A DNA stretch of 64,000 nt from Thermoplasmata archaeon (GTDB lineage Archaea; Thermoplasmatota; Thermoplasmata; Lutacidiplasmatales; UBA184), in assembly GCA_022749995.1 (NCBI GenBank), contig JAKIWO010000001.1:22410-86409 (forward strand), written 5' to 3'. The position numbers and the translations under genes were made by a program. Shown one piece after another: positions 1-8,052 of this stretch (its first letter is position 1; each line of letters starts with the position of its first letter). Below the pieces are notes generated by a model. The model was not told the origin of the DNA and did not search any database. It saw only the letters and a list, made by a program, of their open reading frames with translations.

Positions 1-3
1 AGC

Positions 4-2583
4 ATGCGGGTGCACACGGGGGACAACATCGTCATCGCCCCGTCCCAGACGCTCTCGGACGAGGAGTACCAGCGGCTGCGCCAGGCGGCGCTGCGCGCCG
101 CTGAGGTGGTGGGGATCATCGGCGAGTGCAACATCCAGTTCGCCCTCGACCCCGAGAGCGAGGAGTATTTCGCCATCGAGATCAACGCCCGGCTCTCCCG
201 ATCGAGCGCGCTGGCCTCCAAGGCGACCGGCTATCCGCTCGCCTACGTCGCGGCCAAGCTCGCGCTCGGCTACACCCTGCCCGAGCTCAAGAACCGGGTC
301 ACGGGGACGACGACCGCCTGCTTTGAGCCCGCGCTCGACTATGTCGTGGTCAAGCTCCCCCGCTGGGACCTGAGGAAGTTCGCCCACGCCGACCCCTCGC
401 TCGGGCCGTCGATGAAGAGCGTGGGGGAGGTGATGGGTATCGGCGCGAGCTTCCCCGAAGCGCTCAGCAAGGCGGTCCGGATGGAGGACCCCCGAGCCGA
501 CCTGGTCCCTCCGACGATGGCCCGCCCGCTCGAGCAGGTGGTCACGGAGCTGCTCCCGATGCGCCCGGAGATCCTGTTCACGCTGCTCGAGGCGCTCCGG
601 GCCGGTGGGGACGCGCGCGAGCTGGCGCACCGCACCTGGATCGACCCGTGGTTCGTGGAGGAGCTCGCCAGCATCGAGCGGGTGCACCGGGCGCTGGGTG
701 GGGTCACGGGGGGGACGCTCCCTACCGATCTGCTCCGTCGCGCCAAGGAACTCGGGCTCTCGGACCGGGCGATCGCCCGGGCGGCCCGGATCGACGAGGA
801 GGAGGTGCGGCGGCAGCGCCTCTCCGCCGGCGTATGTCCCCGGATCCGGATGATCGACACCCTCGCCGGCGAGTGGCCGGCGAAGACCAACTACCTGTAC
901 ATCACCTACCGCGCCGACGCCGACGACGTGGAGCGGGTCCCGGAGGGCTCGGTGCTCGTGCTCGGCGCCGGACCCTACCGGATCGGCTCCAGCGTCGAGT
1001 TCGACTGGTCGACGATGAATCTCGTGGACGGGCTCAAGGCGGAGGGGGTCCCGACCGTGGCGGTGCTCAACTCCAACCCCGAGACCGTCTCCACCGACTA
1101 CGACCGGTCCGACCGGCTCTACTTCGAAGAGATCACCCTCGAACGGGTCCGGGACCTCTTCGAGTTCGAGAAGTTCCGGGGCGTCGTCACCTGCGTCGGC
1201 AGCCAGCTCGCGCAGAACCTGACTCCGCTGCTCGCTGCCTGCGGGATCCCCGTGCTGGGGACGGCGCCGGCCTCGATCGACACCGCCGAGGACCGGGCCC
1301 GCTTCGGCGAGCTGCTGCAGCGGCTCGGTGTGCCGCAGCCGGCCTGGCGGGCCTTCACCACGACCGATGCGGCGGAAGCGTTCGCCGAAGAGGTCGGGTA
1401 CCCTGTGCTCGTCCGGCCTTCCTACGTCCTCTCGGGAGCGGCGATGCGGGTCATCTCCGGAAGGCACGACCTCGCACGCTTCCTGGGGGAGGCCGCCCGG
1501 TTGTCCCCGGAGCACCCCGTCGTACTCTCCAAGTTCATCGAGGGGGCCGACGAAGTGGAACTCGACGGGGTCTCCGATGGAAAGAAAGTGCTGGTCGCCG
1601 GGATCCTGGAGCACGTCGAGCGGGCCGGGATCCACTCGGGGGACGCCATCTTCTGCTTGCCGCCACGGCACACCACCGCGGCGATGCAGGCGGAGCTGTG
1701 CCGCTGCGCCGAGCGGCTCGCCCGCGAGCTCGAGATTCGCGGCCCGTTCAACATCCAATTCCTGGTCAAAGCGGGAGCCTACCAGATCATCGAGCTCAAC
1801 CTGAGGGCCAGCCGGTCGCTGCCGTTCCTGGCCAAGGCGACCGGGGTGCCGCTCCTGCGGGAAGCGGCCCGCGCGATGCTCGGGAAAGGATTGAGCCGGG
1901 AAGGGATCGCCCCGCTGCCACCCCACCGGTGGGGGGTCAAGGTGCCGCAGTTCTCGTTCCTGCAGGTCTCCGGCTCCGACCCGCTGCTGGGCGTGGAGAT
2001 GCAGTCCACCGGGGAGGTCGCGTGCTTCGGGCCGACCTTCTCCGACGCGCTGGTCAAGGCGCTGCTGGCCACCGGCGTGAAGTTGGCCGAGCCCGGCGGC
2101 ACCGCGCTGCTCTCGGTGGGCGGCCTCGAGCTCAAGGAGGCGCTGCTGCCCACCGCCCGACGGCTCTCCGAGCTCGGCTTCATCCTGGCAGGAACCGAGG
2201 ACACCGCCGCCTTCCTCGGGGCGCGGGGCCTACGGGGGGTCCAGGTGCTGCACAAGGTCTCCGAGCCGGACCGGCACCCGAACGTGCTCGAAGCGCTCGA
2301 CCGTGGCCAAGTGGCCCTCATCCTGAACGTCCCCTCCTCCCTGACCCAGGAGAAGTTCGAGCGGATGCTGGAGGATGAGTACACGATCCGGCGTCGGGCG
2401 ATCGAGCTGGGGCTGCCGCTGTTCACCAGCCTCGAGTCCTTCGCCGCCTACGTCGAAGGGATCGACTGGCTCACCCGCCACCCGATGACCGTGGAGCCGC
2501 TCTACGGGTCGCCGGAGCCCGGTGGGAAGCACCGGACCGCGGCGCGCTCGGTCCGGATGCGGCGGGGCCGCGCCCGGGCCTAG
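4..2583 (+). CDS. carB: carbamoyl-phosphate synthase large subunit, C-terminal ~860 aa; the 5' end is probably outside the window
   Basis: The 859-aa ORF carries CPSase large-chain ATP-grasp signatures (QFALDPESEEYFAIEINARLSRSSALASKATGYPLAYVAAKLALG), the oligomerisation and second ATP-grasp halves, and a C-terminal MGS-like domain. The ORF begins at the window edge. Confidence 0.9.
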   Translation: MRVHTGDNIVIAPSQTLSDEEYQRLRQAALRAAEVVGIIGECNIQFALDPESEEYFAIEINARLSRSSALASKATGYPLAYVAAKLALGYTLPELKNRVTGTTTACFEPALDYVVVKLPRWDLRKFAHADPSLGPSMKSVGEVMGIGASFPEALSKAVRMEDPRADLVPPTMARPLEQVVTELLPMRPEILFTLLEALRAGGDARELAHRTWIDPWFVEELASIERVHRALGGVTGGTLPTDLLRRAKELGLSDRAIARAARIDEEEVRRQRLSAGVCPRIRMIDTLAGEWPAKTNYLYITYRADADDVERVPEGSVLVLGAGPYRIGSSVEFDWSTMNLVDGLKAEGVPTVAVLNSNPETVSTDYDRSDRLYFEEITLERVRDLFEFEKFRGVVTCVGSQLAQNLTPLLAACGIPVLGTAPASIDTAEDRARFGELLQRLGVPQPAWRAFTTTDAAEAFAEEVGYPVLVRPSYVLSGAAMRVISGRHDLARFLGEAARLSPEHPVVLSKFIEGADEVELDGVSDGKKVLVAGILEHVERAGIHSGDAIFCLPPRHTTAAMQAELCRCAERLARELEIRGPFNIQFLVKAGAYQIIELNLRASRSLPFLAKATGVPLLREAARAMLGKGLSREGIAPLPPHRWGVKVPQFSFLQVSGSDPLLGVEMQSTGEVACFGPTFSDALVKALLATGVKLAEPGGTALLSVGGLELKEALLPTARRLSELGFILAGTEDTAAFLGARGLRGVQVLHKVSEPDRHPNVLEALDRGQVALILNVPSSLTQEKFERMLEDEYTIRRRAIELGLPLFTSLESFAAYVEGIDWLTRHPMTVEPLYGSPEPGGKHRTAARSVRMRRGRARA

Positions 2584-3248
2584 AACGCGAACTTCGTGAC
2601 CGAGTACTCGGGCACGAGGGTGCTCGTGTCCACCACCTCGGGCAGGCCGCGGATCTTGGTGGTGACGAAGTCGAGGATCGTGCGCTTGGTCGGGCCGCCC
2701 GTGCCCTCGAACTCGAGCACGAGGAAGGCGTCCCAATCCCCCGTGAGCAGGTGCAGCTCCCGGACCTGCGGGAAGGCGAGCACCGTCTCCCGGAAGGCGT
2801 CGACGTCGCCGCCCCGGATCTTGAGGTACGTGAAGGCACGCAGCACCGGCATCTCCGCCGGCATGAGCTCGCACAGCCGATCCTCGGTGAACGCCTCGAC
2901 CCCTTCGAGCCGCCCGCCCCGGGGTCCGATCAGCACGGGGAAAGTCTGGACGCCGCGGAGCTGCTCGGTGACGATCCGCTCGAGCCGACCGGCCTTGGCC
3001 ACGTCCTTGACCTCGATCGAGTAGCCGCGCTTGGCTGCGATCTCCTCGGCCAGGGCGAGAGCGTGCGCCTGGTCGTCGGACAGGAAGAACGCCGACTCGC
3101 CCGGCTCCATCCGGTCGTCGGCACCGGTCATCGCCGCCCCGCCCATACCGGCTCCATCGGCGCGGGGGGCCGCGGGGCGGTAGAAGCTCGTGACGACCTT
3201 CCGGCTTTCGACATACATCTGCAGCCGTCGGGCCCCGGTATCGGCCAT
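2580..3248 (-). CDS. AsnC/Lrp-type RAM (ligand-binding) domain protein with an unassigned N-terminal domain; the true start may be an internal Met near 3131
   Basis: The C-terminal half (VLRAFTYLKIRGGDVDAFRETVLAFPQVRELHLLTGDWDAFLVLEFEG) matches the AsnC-family RAM domain fold pattern. The N-terminal ~70 aa (FPVLIGPRGGRLEGV) look glutaredoxin/thioredoxin-like but lack cysteines. The stop overlaps the carB stop region by 4 nt in convergent orientation. Confidence 0.5.
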   Translation of the reverse strand: MADTGARRLQMYVESRKVVTSFYRPAAPRADGAGMGGAAMTGADDRMEPGESAFFLSDDQAHALALAEEIAAKRGYSIEVKDVAKAGRLERIVTEQLRGVQTFPVLIGPRGGRLEGVEAFTEDRLCELMPAEMPVLRAFTYLKIRGGDVDAFRETVLAFPQVRELHLLTGDWDAFLVLEFEGTGGPTKRTILDFVTTKIRGLPEVVDTSTLVPEYSVTKFAF

Positions 3249-3269
3249 CGACGCGCCGAGGTCGGGACG

Positions 3270-3278
3270 TCTATTAAA
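3270..3278 (-). promoter_or_regulatory. TATA-like box (minus-strand TTTAATAGA) about 22 nt upstream of the AsnC-like gene ATG
   Basis: An AT-rich octamer sits in an otherwise GC-rich intergenic region. Similar boxes (TTAAATA, CTAAATAGA) recur upstream of the atpF, ferredoxin and rps15 starts. Confidence 0.3.
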
Positions 3279-3296
3279 CCCGTGCGAAGAAGTTCA

Positions 3297-3318
3297 GGGG
3301 GCCGCCGTAGCGGCCCCC
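3297..3318. terminator. GC-rich hairpin (9-bp perfect stem GGGGGCCGC/GCGGCCCCC, loop CGTA) about 55 nt downstream of the SSB stop
   Basis: A perfect inverted repeat is seen directly in the sequence. It is followed on the minus strand by a CTTCTT-type pyrimidine stretch. Its function is inferred. Confidence 0.3.
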
Positions 3319-3371
3319 GGCGGGCCGGACGGGAACACCCGCCCGGCCCTGGGTTGGTTGGACGAGTCGCG

Positions 3372-3905
3372 CTAGTACGTGTCGGAGCGCTCGCGGCCGC
3401 CACCGCCGCCGCCACCGCCGGGCTGGCTGCCGCCGCCACCGCCACCGCCACCGCGGTCACCGTAGCCGCGCCCTCCGCCGTACCCACCGCCGCCGCCGCC
3501 AGAGCCCCGGTCACGGAAGCCGCCGCCCCCGAAGGAGCGCCGCTCGGACTCGAACTCTTGCTGGCTCATGTCGAGGCCCTGATTGACCTCGGCGATCGGG
3601 TCGGTCGACTTGGTCATCGTCCCGTAGCGACCGACGTTGAGGCGCATGTGGCCCCGGACGAGGGACACGTAGCCGTTGTCGATCAGTACAACATCATCCT
3701 TCGCGATCGTTCCGATCTGCTCGTTCCAGAGCGAGAGGGTGATGACGGCCGTCTCGTCACCGATCACGGCCTCGGCGACCTTCCTCGGGTCCCCATACTT
3801 GCCCATCACTTCCTTCGCCTCTCCTACGTTCACCACCTTTGCGTGGACGTTCACTTGCTTCGAGCTCGGCGTCAGGTCGCGCACTTTGGTCATGGTCTTC
3901 TCCAT
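3372..3905 (-). CDS. ssb: single-stranded DNA-binding protein, Sulfolobus-type single OB fold with a Gly/Arg-rich (RGG-like) C-terminal tail
   Basis: The OB-fold region (VNVHAKVVNVGEAKEVMGKYGDPRKVAEAVIGDETAVITLSLWNEQIGTIAKDDVVLIDNGYVSL) resembles crenarchaeal/Thermoplasma SSB. The C-terminal ~55 aa are almost pure GGGG/RGG repeats. Confidence 0.8.
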   Translation of the reverse strand: MEKTMTKVRDLTPSSKQVNVHAKVVNVGEAKEVMGKYGDPRKVAEAVIGDETAVITLSLWNEQIGTIAKDDVVLIDNGYVSLVRGHMRLNVGRYGTMTKSTDPIAEVNQGLDMSQQEFESERRSFGGGGFRDRGSGGGGGGYGGGRGYGDRGGGGGGGGSQPGGGGGGGGRERSDTY

Positions 3906-4052
3906 TGGTCGTCGCCTCTTGTTCGCTTGTTGCGTTGTGAAGTTCGCCCGGTGGGCCTCGGCCCACCTGTGCGACGAACGTCAAAACAAATCTGACGAGA
4001 TCGGCTCAAGCTGGCCGGGACGGATCGAGGTTCCTTCGGAACGCTCACCCCG

Positions 4053-4934
4053 GTGCCCGTATTTAACGGCTCGTTTGCCACGCGACGGTGGCGCCGGCCG
4101 GCGGCCCGGAGCGCCCTACAGACGGAACAGAGGATTTTTCCCCCGAGCGTCCTCCACCGGCGGAGGGTGGGTCTCCGGGTGACCCAGCAGTTCGACATCG
4201 GAGTCCATCACTTCTTGCGGCAGGAGTGGCGGATGGCAGCTACTGCGTTCCGGGAGGTGCTCCGGGAGTCCCCGGCGGACGCCCGGGGCTGGTCGTACCT
4301 GGGCGTGTGCCTGTCGCACCTCGGCGATGGCGGCGAGGCGGAGTTCGCCCTCTCCCGCGCCGTCGCGCTCTCGCCGCAGGACGGCGAGGCTTGGTTCCAT
4401 CTGGGGGTCGCTCGATCGCTCCGCGAGGAGTGGGACCGGGCGGCGAACGCTCACCGTCGGGCCGTGGCGCTCCTGCCGAACGACTTGGTGGCCTGGCACC
4501 GGCTCGGCGTCGCGCTGGCCGAGAGCGGGGAGCGCGCGAGCGCCGAGACGGCGTTCGAGCGAGCGCTCGTCCTCTCCCGCGAGACGGGGGAGATCATGCC
4601 GGAGGTGCCGGAGATCACGTCGAGCCGTCCGGACGTCCACTTGGCCGAGGCGGCCGAGCGGGAGGATTCCAGAGAGGGCGACAGTTGGCTCACGCTGGCT
4701 CTCTCGCTGCTCAGTCTGGGGGAGGAGGAGGAGGCGATGGCCGCTTTCGAGCGGGCCTACACCATCGACCCGGAACGAGCCGACCGCTCGCTCTTCAGAC
4801 CCATGCTCCGGCTGCTCACCGTCGCGGGCGGACGCCCGATCGACGAGGAGCCAGAGTTCGAAGGACCCGAGCCGCCGATGCGTCCGAGCGCTCCGCCGCC
4901 TCGCCCGCCGCCCAGGCGTCCGGAAGTCGCGTAG
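4053..4934 (+). CDS. tetratricopeptide-repeat protein with a proline-rich C-terminus; the start more likely lies near 4233 (RMAATAF...)
   Basis: There are repeated 34-aa TPR-like units (W-LG-Y-A-F-A-P pattern: GWSYLGVCLSHLGDGGEAEFALSRAVALSPQDGEAWFHLGVARS...). The first ~60 codons include the AT-rich intergenic TATA-like stretch, so the N-terminus of the listed ORF is doubtful. Confidence 0.6.
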   Translation: MPVFNGSFATRRWRRPAARSALQTEQRIFPPSVLHRRRVGLRVTQQFDIGVHHFLRQEWRMAATAFREVLRESPADARGWSYLGVCLSHLGDGGEAEFALSRAVALSPQDGEAWFHLGVARSLREEWDRAANAHRRAVALLPNDLVAWHRLGVALAESGERASAETAFERALVLSRETGEIMPEVPEITSSRPDVHLAEAAEREDSREGDSWLTLALSLLSLGEEEEAMAAFERAYTIDPERADRSLFRPMLRLLTVAGGRPIDEEPEFEGPEPPMRPSAPPPRPPPRRPEVA

Positions 4935-4935
4935 G

Positions 4936-6111
4936 TTACGGCGCCGGGATGGGCGGCCCGCCGGAGGGGCCGGTCGAGCCGGGTGCGGCCTCGAGAATGA
5001 GTGACTCCGCAATCGGCCGCACGGCCTCGCGGCGCGCTGCGTGTTCGGAGAGGAAGGGCAGCACCCGCTCGGTGAGCTTCGCCTTGCACTCCCCGCAGAG
5101 CATCGCACCCGATCGGCAGTCGGCGGTGACCTGCTGGAACTCCTCCTCGTCGCGGGCGAACTTGGAGCGCCAGAGCGCCCAGACCGAGCAGATCTCGGGG
5201 GTGGCGCCGAGCCTCCGCTGCTCCTCGACGGTGGCACGGCCCCCTGTGAAGGCGTTGCGCAGCTTGCGCGTGGCCTCCTCCGGCCGGTCATTCAGGTAGA
5301 GGGCGTTGTCCTTCTCCTGGCCGGAGCTCGACATCTTGCCGCCCAGCAGCCCGGGGAGGATCTGGCTGTGGATCAGCGAGGGTTTGGGGTAGCCGAGCGG
5401 CTCCGCCACGTCTCGGGTGACCCGGAAGTGCGGGTCCTGGTCGATCCCGCACGGAATGAGGCAGGGGATCGGCTGGCCGGTGCGCCAGGACGGGTAGAAG
5501 CAGGGGACGCTCTGGAGCGCCGTGTAGAAGACGAGCCCGATGTTGGTGCTCGTCGGGAAGCCGAAGACCGCCTTCACGGTGGAGTAGGGGATGCGCTTCG
5601 CCACATCCACGGCCAGGGAGTACATCGTGGCGATGCTGCGGGTGTCGAAGAACACCCGGGTGCGCTTCGGGTCGAAGCCGACGGCAAGGATGTCCAGCAG
5701 GTTCTCCAGGCCCCACTGCTGGGTCGCCTCCCGCGTGTACTGCGGCCGCAGCCAGAACTTCTCGTCGTCGGTGATCTGGACGTACATCGACGCGCCGAAC
5801 CGTTCCTGGAACCAGCGGCAGAGCTCGAACGGCGCCAGGTGGGCCGTGTGCATCGGCCCGGAAGGTCCCCGTCCCGAGTAGAGGAAGAACGGTTTCTTGC
5901 CGGCAATGGCGGAAAGAATCTGGGAGAGGTCCCGGTGGGAGTAGTACACTCCCCGGGATAGGAGGGGTGGCAAGGGAGCCCCCGCGAGTCGGGCGAGCTC
6001 CTGGCGCAGCTCGTCGGTCAGGTCCTGGGTGCCGAAGAGCACCCGCAGCCGGTCGTAGTCGATCTGGCCCTTGACCTCGTACGGGGTGACGCTGAACTTC
6101 TCGCCGGGCAC
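4936..6111 (-). CDS. trpS: tryptophanyl-tRNA synthetase, archaeal/eukaryotic type
   Basis: A GRGPSGPMHTAHL HIGH-like motif, CGIDQDPHFRVTRDVAEPLGYPKPSLIHS and KMSSS are present. Similarity to eukaryote/archaeal TrpRS (GRGPS..HVGHL, AIDQDPYFR..KMSAS) holds throughout. Confidence 0.85.
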   Translation of the reverse strand: MPGEKFSVTPYEVKGQIDYDRLRVLFGTQDLTDELRQELARLAGAPLPPLLSRGVYYSHRDLSQILSAIAGKKPFFLYSGRGPSGPMHTAHLAPFELCRWFQERFGASMYVQITDDEKFWLRPQYTREATQQWGLENLLDILAVGFDPKRTRVFFDTRSIATMYSLAVDVAKRIPYSTVKAVFGFPTSTNIGLVFYTALQSVPCFYPSWRTGQPIPCLIPCGIDQDPHFRVTRDVAEPLGYPKPSLIHSQILPGLLGGKMSSSGQEKDNALYLNDRPEEATRKLRNAFTGGRATVEEQRRLGATPEICSVWALWRSKFARDEEEFQQVTADCRSGAMLCGECKAKLTERVLPFLSEHAARREAVRPIAESLILEAAPGSTGPSGGPPIPAP

Positions 6112-6115
6112 GCGG

Positions 6116-6463
6116 CTAGCCCTCAGGGAAGGAGATCTTCTGCAGGAGCGAGCTGCGCTCGGAGGGCGGGACCCCGATCGAGGCCAGGTACTCGGCCACG
6201 CAGCTGCGGGAGTGCAGGTGGTGGACCGTGTTCCCGCAGACCGGGCATCGGGCGGTGCCCTCGATGAGCCGGCGCAACCCCTCCCGGCCCGCAGCGGAAT
6301 CCCGCCGCGCGAACCGGTCGACCATGAGTGCGCCCCCGCTCGAGCTCTCCAGGTTGGAGAGCGGCACTTTGAGCGGGGTGTTGCACACGCCGCAGCGGGC
6401 GGGCAACCGGCACGTGCAAGCCATCTCGAAGGGGTACGACGACCTACTGTCGCAAAAGCTCAT
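6116..6463 (-). CDS. small zinc-ribbon protein directly upstream of trpS and co-directional with it (4-nt gap); function unknown
   Basis: Two CxxC-type pairs (CGVCNTPL ... CPVCGNTV..H..SC). The gene ends 4 nt before the trpS start. The true start may be an internal Met. Confidence 0.4.
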   Translation of the reverse strand: MSFCDSRSSYPFEMACTCRLPARCGVCNTPLKVPLSNLESSSGGALMVDRFARRDSAAGREGLRRLIEGTARCPVCGNTVHHLHSRSCVAEYLASIGVPPSERSSLLQKISFPEG

Positions 6464-6563
6464 CGGCGGAGAAGTCGGCCGGCGCGAGGTCTATGTACCC
6501 CCTCCTGCCCTTGTAGACGGGTCGGTGATTTTCTTGCCGAACGATGACCCCACGCGAGCGACG

Positions 6564-6866
6564 ATGCTCGAGCTCTTGCGCCAGCTGAACCGCAGCGAGG
6601 AGGAGCACGCCCAGGACTCGCCGGACCGCGCGAAGGAGCTGCCCGACCTCGAGGGCACGCTCGGTGGGTTCTGGGCCGTGAAAAGCGGGCAGGTGTCGGT
6701 GCGGTTCGCGCTGGGGCTGTTGCTCAAGAACCAGATGATACGGCAGAACTCGGACCAAGAGTTCTCCTGGGGCAAGGGCCGCTCCATGGGCAGCCGCTTT
6801 GCGATCACCACGCAAGGCAAACAGTTCCTGCTCGCCTCGATCGAGGACGCTGGACGGGTGAAGTAG
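6564..6866 (+). CDS. hypothetical ~100-aa protein; this is the C-terminal part of the listed 6228..6866 ORF, whose upstream part overlaps the minus-strand Zn-ribbon gene
   Basis: The internal Met at aa 113 of the listed ORF begins a stretch with protein-like composition (MLELLRQLNRSEEEHAQDSPDRAKELPDLEGTLGGFWAVKSG...). The region 6464-6563 looks like a divergent intergenic spacer. Confidence 0.3.
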   Translation: MLELLRQLNRSEEEHAQDSPDRAKELPDLEGTLGGFWAVKSGQVSVRFALGLLLKNQMIRQNSDQEFSWGKGRSMGSRFAITTQGKQFLLASIEDAGRVK

Positions 6867-6928
6867 TCCGGTCTCGGCTGCCGGGGCCGGGCGACCGGGC
6901 CCGGGTGAGCCGCAGACGCGATGGCGTG

Positions 6929-7336
6929 CTAGGTTCGACCCGTCGCTCGCAAGGCCTGGACGACCCATTCGAAGAGCCGTCGAGCGTGCTGCCCCAGTCC
7001 CACGGTCGTCGCCGCAGAAGCCGCCTCGGCTCCGTACTCGACCCGACTGTTCGACTCGAGGAGCGCCAGCAGGTGACGGATCGCCGGGTCGTTCCCTGTC
7101 GCAGGAACGGTGCGCAGGAGGTCCGCTGCGCCCGCGTGGTCCTCGCCGCTCCAGACCTGACCGAGGAGCGCGCACGTCAGCGCGTCCACCGCCGAGATCC
7201 CGAGATGGATCGCGCACACGCTGGCGGTCTCCCATTCCTTTTCCTCCAGGGCGCGAGAGAGCTGACGCTCGTACTGGCGCGCCCGCCGTAGGTAGACCGG
7301 ATACCGGCTCGGGGGGAGCTTACGGATGCGCGCCAT
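6929..7336 (-). CDS. HEPN-domain protein, the putative toxin partner of the upstream nucleotidyltransferase; listed ORF extends to 7375
   Basis: About 136 aa from MARIRKLPPSRYPVYLRRARQYERQLSRALEEKEWETASVCAIHLGISAVDALTCALLG, a helical HEPN-like pattern. It overlaps the 3' end of the MNT gene by about 17 nt, the classic MNT-HEPN order. Confidence 0.6.
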   Translation of the reverse strand: MARIRKLPPSRYPVYLRRARQYERQLSRALEEKEWETASVCAIHLGISAVDALTCALLGQVWSGEDHAGAADLLRTVPATGNDPAIRHLLALLESNSRVEYGAEAASAATTVGLGQHARRLFEWVVQALRATGRT

Positions 7337-7931
7337 CGGCCGCTCCGGTGGGCACGGGCAGGGCGCTCCGCTCAATGGAGCGGAGGAAGCCCCGGCCTCG
7401 ACCGGTCCGCACCTCGTGCGTCGTCAGGACCAGAGGGGACAGCGGATTGCCGTACTTTCTCCACAGAAGCTCTCGACCCACCGCCAATCGTTCCCGAACA
7501 CGTTCCGACGCATCGGGGGAGTCCGTCTCGATGAACAGGTCGACATCACTGTCGGCTCGCTCTGCCCGCTTCGGGATCGATCCGTAGAGGAGCGCCCGGT
7601 TCGCGGGGAGTCCCTCCAGGAGCTCCGCCAGGTCCACGAGGAGCTCCTCGCGGAGCGTTCCCTCGCGCTCGAACAGCCGAGCGAGCGCCGGAGCCCAGAT
7701 GTGGTCCGGATTCCAACCCCAGAGGTACGATCGCCCCGCGGTCTCGGCCCGAGCCAAGCCCTGGTCCTGGAGCTTGGTGAGCACCCGAGCGACCTGGGCG
7801 GTGGAGCCGCCGGCTCGGCGGGCCACTTCCCGACCGGTCAGTCGGGAGGTGGCGTGGGTGAACAGGGCGCGGAGTACGCGGACGTGGCTAGGGCTCGCGA
7901 GCAGTTCGTCCAGAGAATCCTCGAACTTCAT
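7320..7931 (-). CDS. minimal nucleotidyltransferase (MNT) fused to an N-terminal winged-HTH domain; putative antitoxin/regulator of a HEPN-MNT module
   Basis: An N-terminal wHTH (VRVLRALFTHATSRLTGREVARRAGGSTAQVARVLTKLQDQGLA) is followed by the Pol-beta-type NTase motif LYGSIPKRAERADSDVDLFIE (G[SG]..x9-13..DxD). Confidence 0.75.
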   Translation of the reverse strand: MKFEDSLDELLASPSHVRVLRALFTHATSRLTGREVARRAGGSTAQVARVLTKLQDQGLARAETAGRSYLWGWNPDHIWAPALARLFEREGTLREELLVDLAELLEGLPANRALLYGSIPKRAERADSDVDLFIETDSPDASERVRERLAVGRELLWRKYGNPLSPLVLTTHEVRTGRGRGFLRSIERSALPVPTGAADGAHP

Positions 7932-7936
7932 GGCAT

Positions 7937-7978
7937 TGTCTCACCAAAGAGTTACATGTCTCACGTAGTATATGAGAC
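7937..7978 (-). promoter_or_regulatory. putative promoter/operator of the MNT-HEPN operon: inverted repeat GTCTCA-N9-TGAGAC enclosing a TATA-like element, plus a direct repeat of TGTCTCAC
   Basis: GTCTCAcgtagtataTGAGAC at 7958-7978, with a second TGTCTCAC at 7937-7944. The minus-strand reading CATATACTA lies about 33-40 nt upstream of the MNT ATG (7931). Confidence 0.35.
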
Positions 7979-8021
7979 GGACGGCGCTCGCGGAGGGTGA
8001 GGACGTGCCTCCGTTCGCCAA

Positions 8022-8028
8022 CCGTTAA
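8022..8028 (+). promoter_or_regulatory. TATA-like box (TTAAGTA) about 25 nt upstream of the rps15 start
   Basis: Sequence context ccgTTAAGTAgcc, of the same type as the atpF-upstream gTTAAATAcg. Confidence 0.3.
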
Positions 8029-8052
8029 GTAGCCCCCCACTTCCCTTTCGCC

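Noticed and set aside
648-2378. Long alternative-frame ORFs overlapping real genes throughout the window. Examples: 648-2378 (+), 2751-3995 (+), 4088-5299 (+), 4116-5291 (-), 9623-11641 (-), 16221-18242 (-), 19655-20986 (-), 23691-25094 (-), 25724-27055 (-), 27523-29634 (+), 38323-39816 (+), 38732-40099 (-), 48964-51201 (-), 54855-56723 (+), 58998-60608 (+).
   Set aside because: Their translations are dominated by Arg, Pro, Gly and Ala with long low-complexity runs. That is the expected shadow-frame signature in a ~68% GC genome. In every case a recognisable protein occupies another frame or strand.
3380-3540. A tandem GCC/GGC/CCG codon repeat that looks like a short-period DNA repeat or possible CRISPR-like array.
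   Set aside because: It lies inside the ssb coding frame and encodes the poly-Gly/RGG tail. The period is 3-9 nt with no spacer/repeat alternation, so it is not a CRISPR array.
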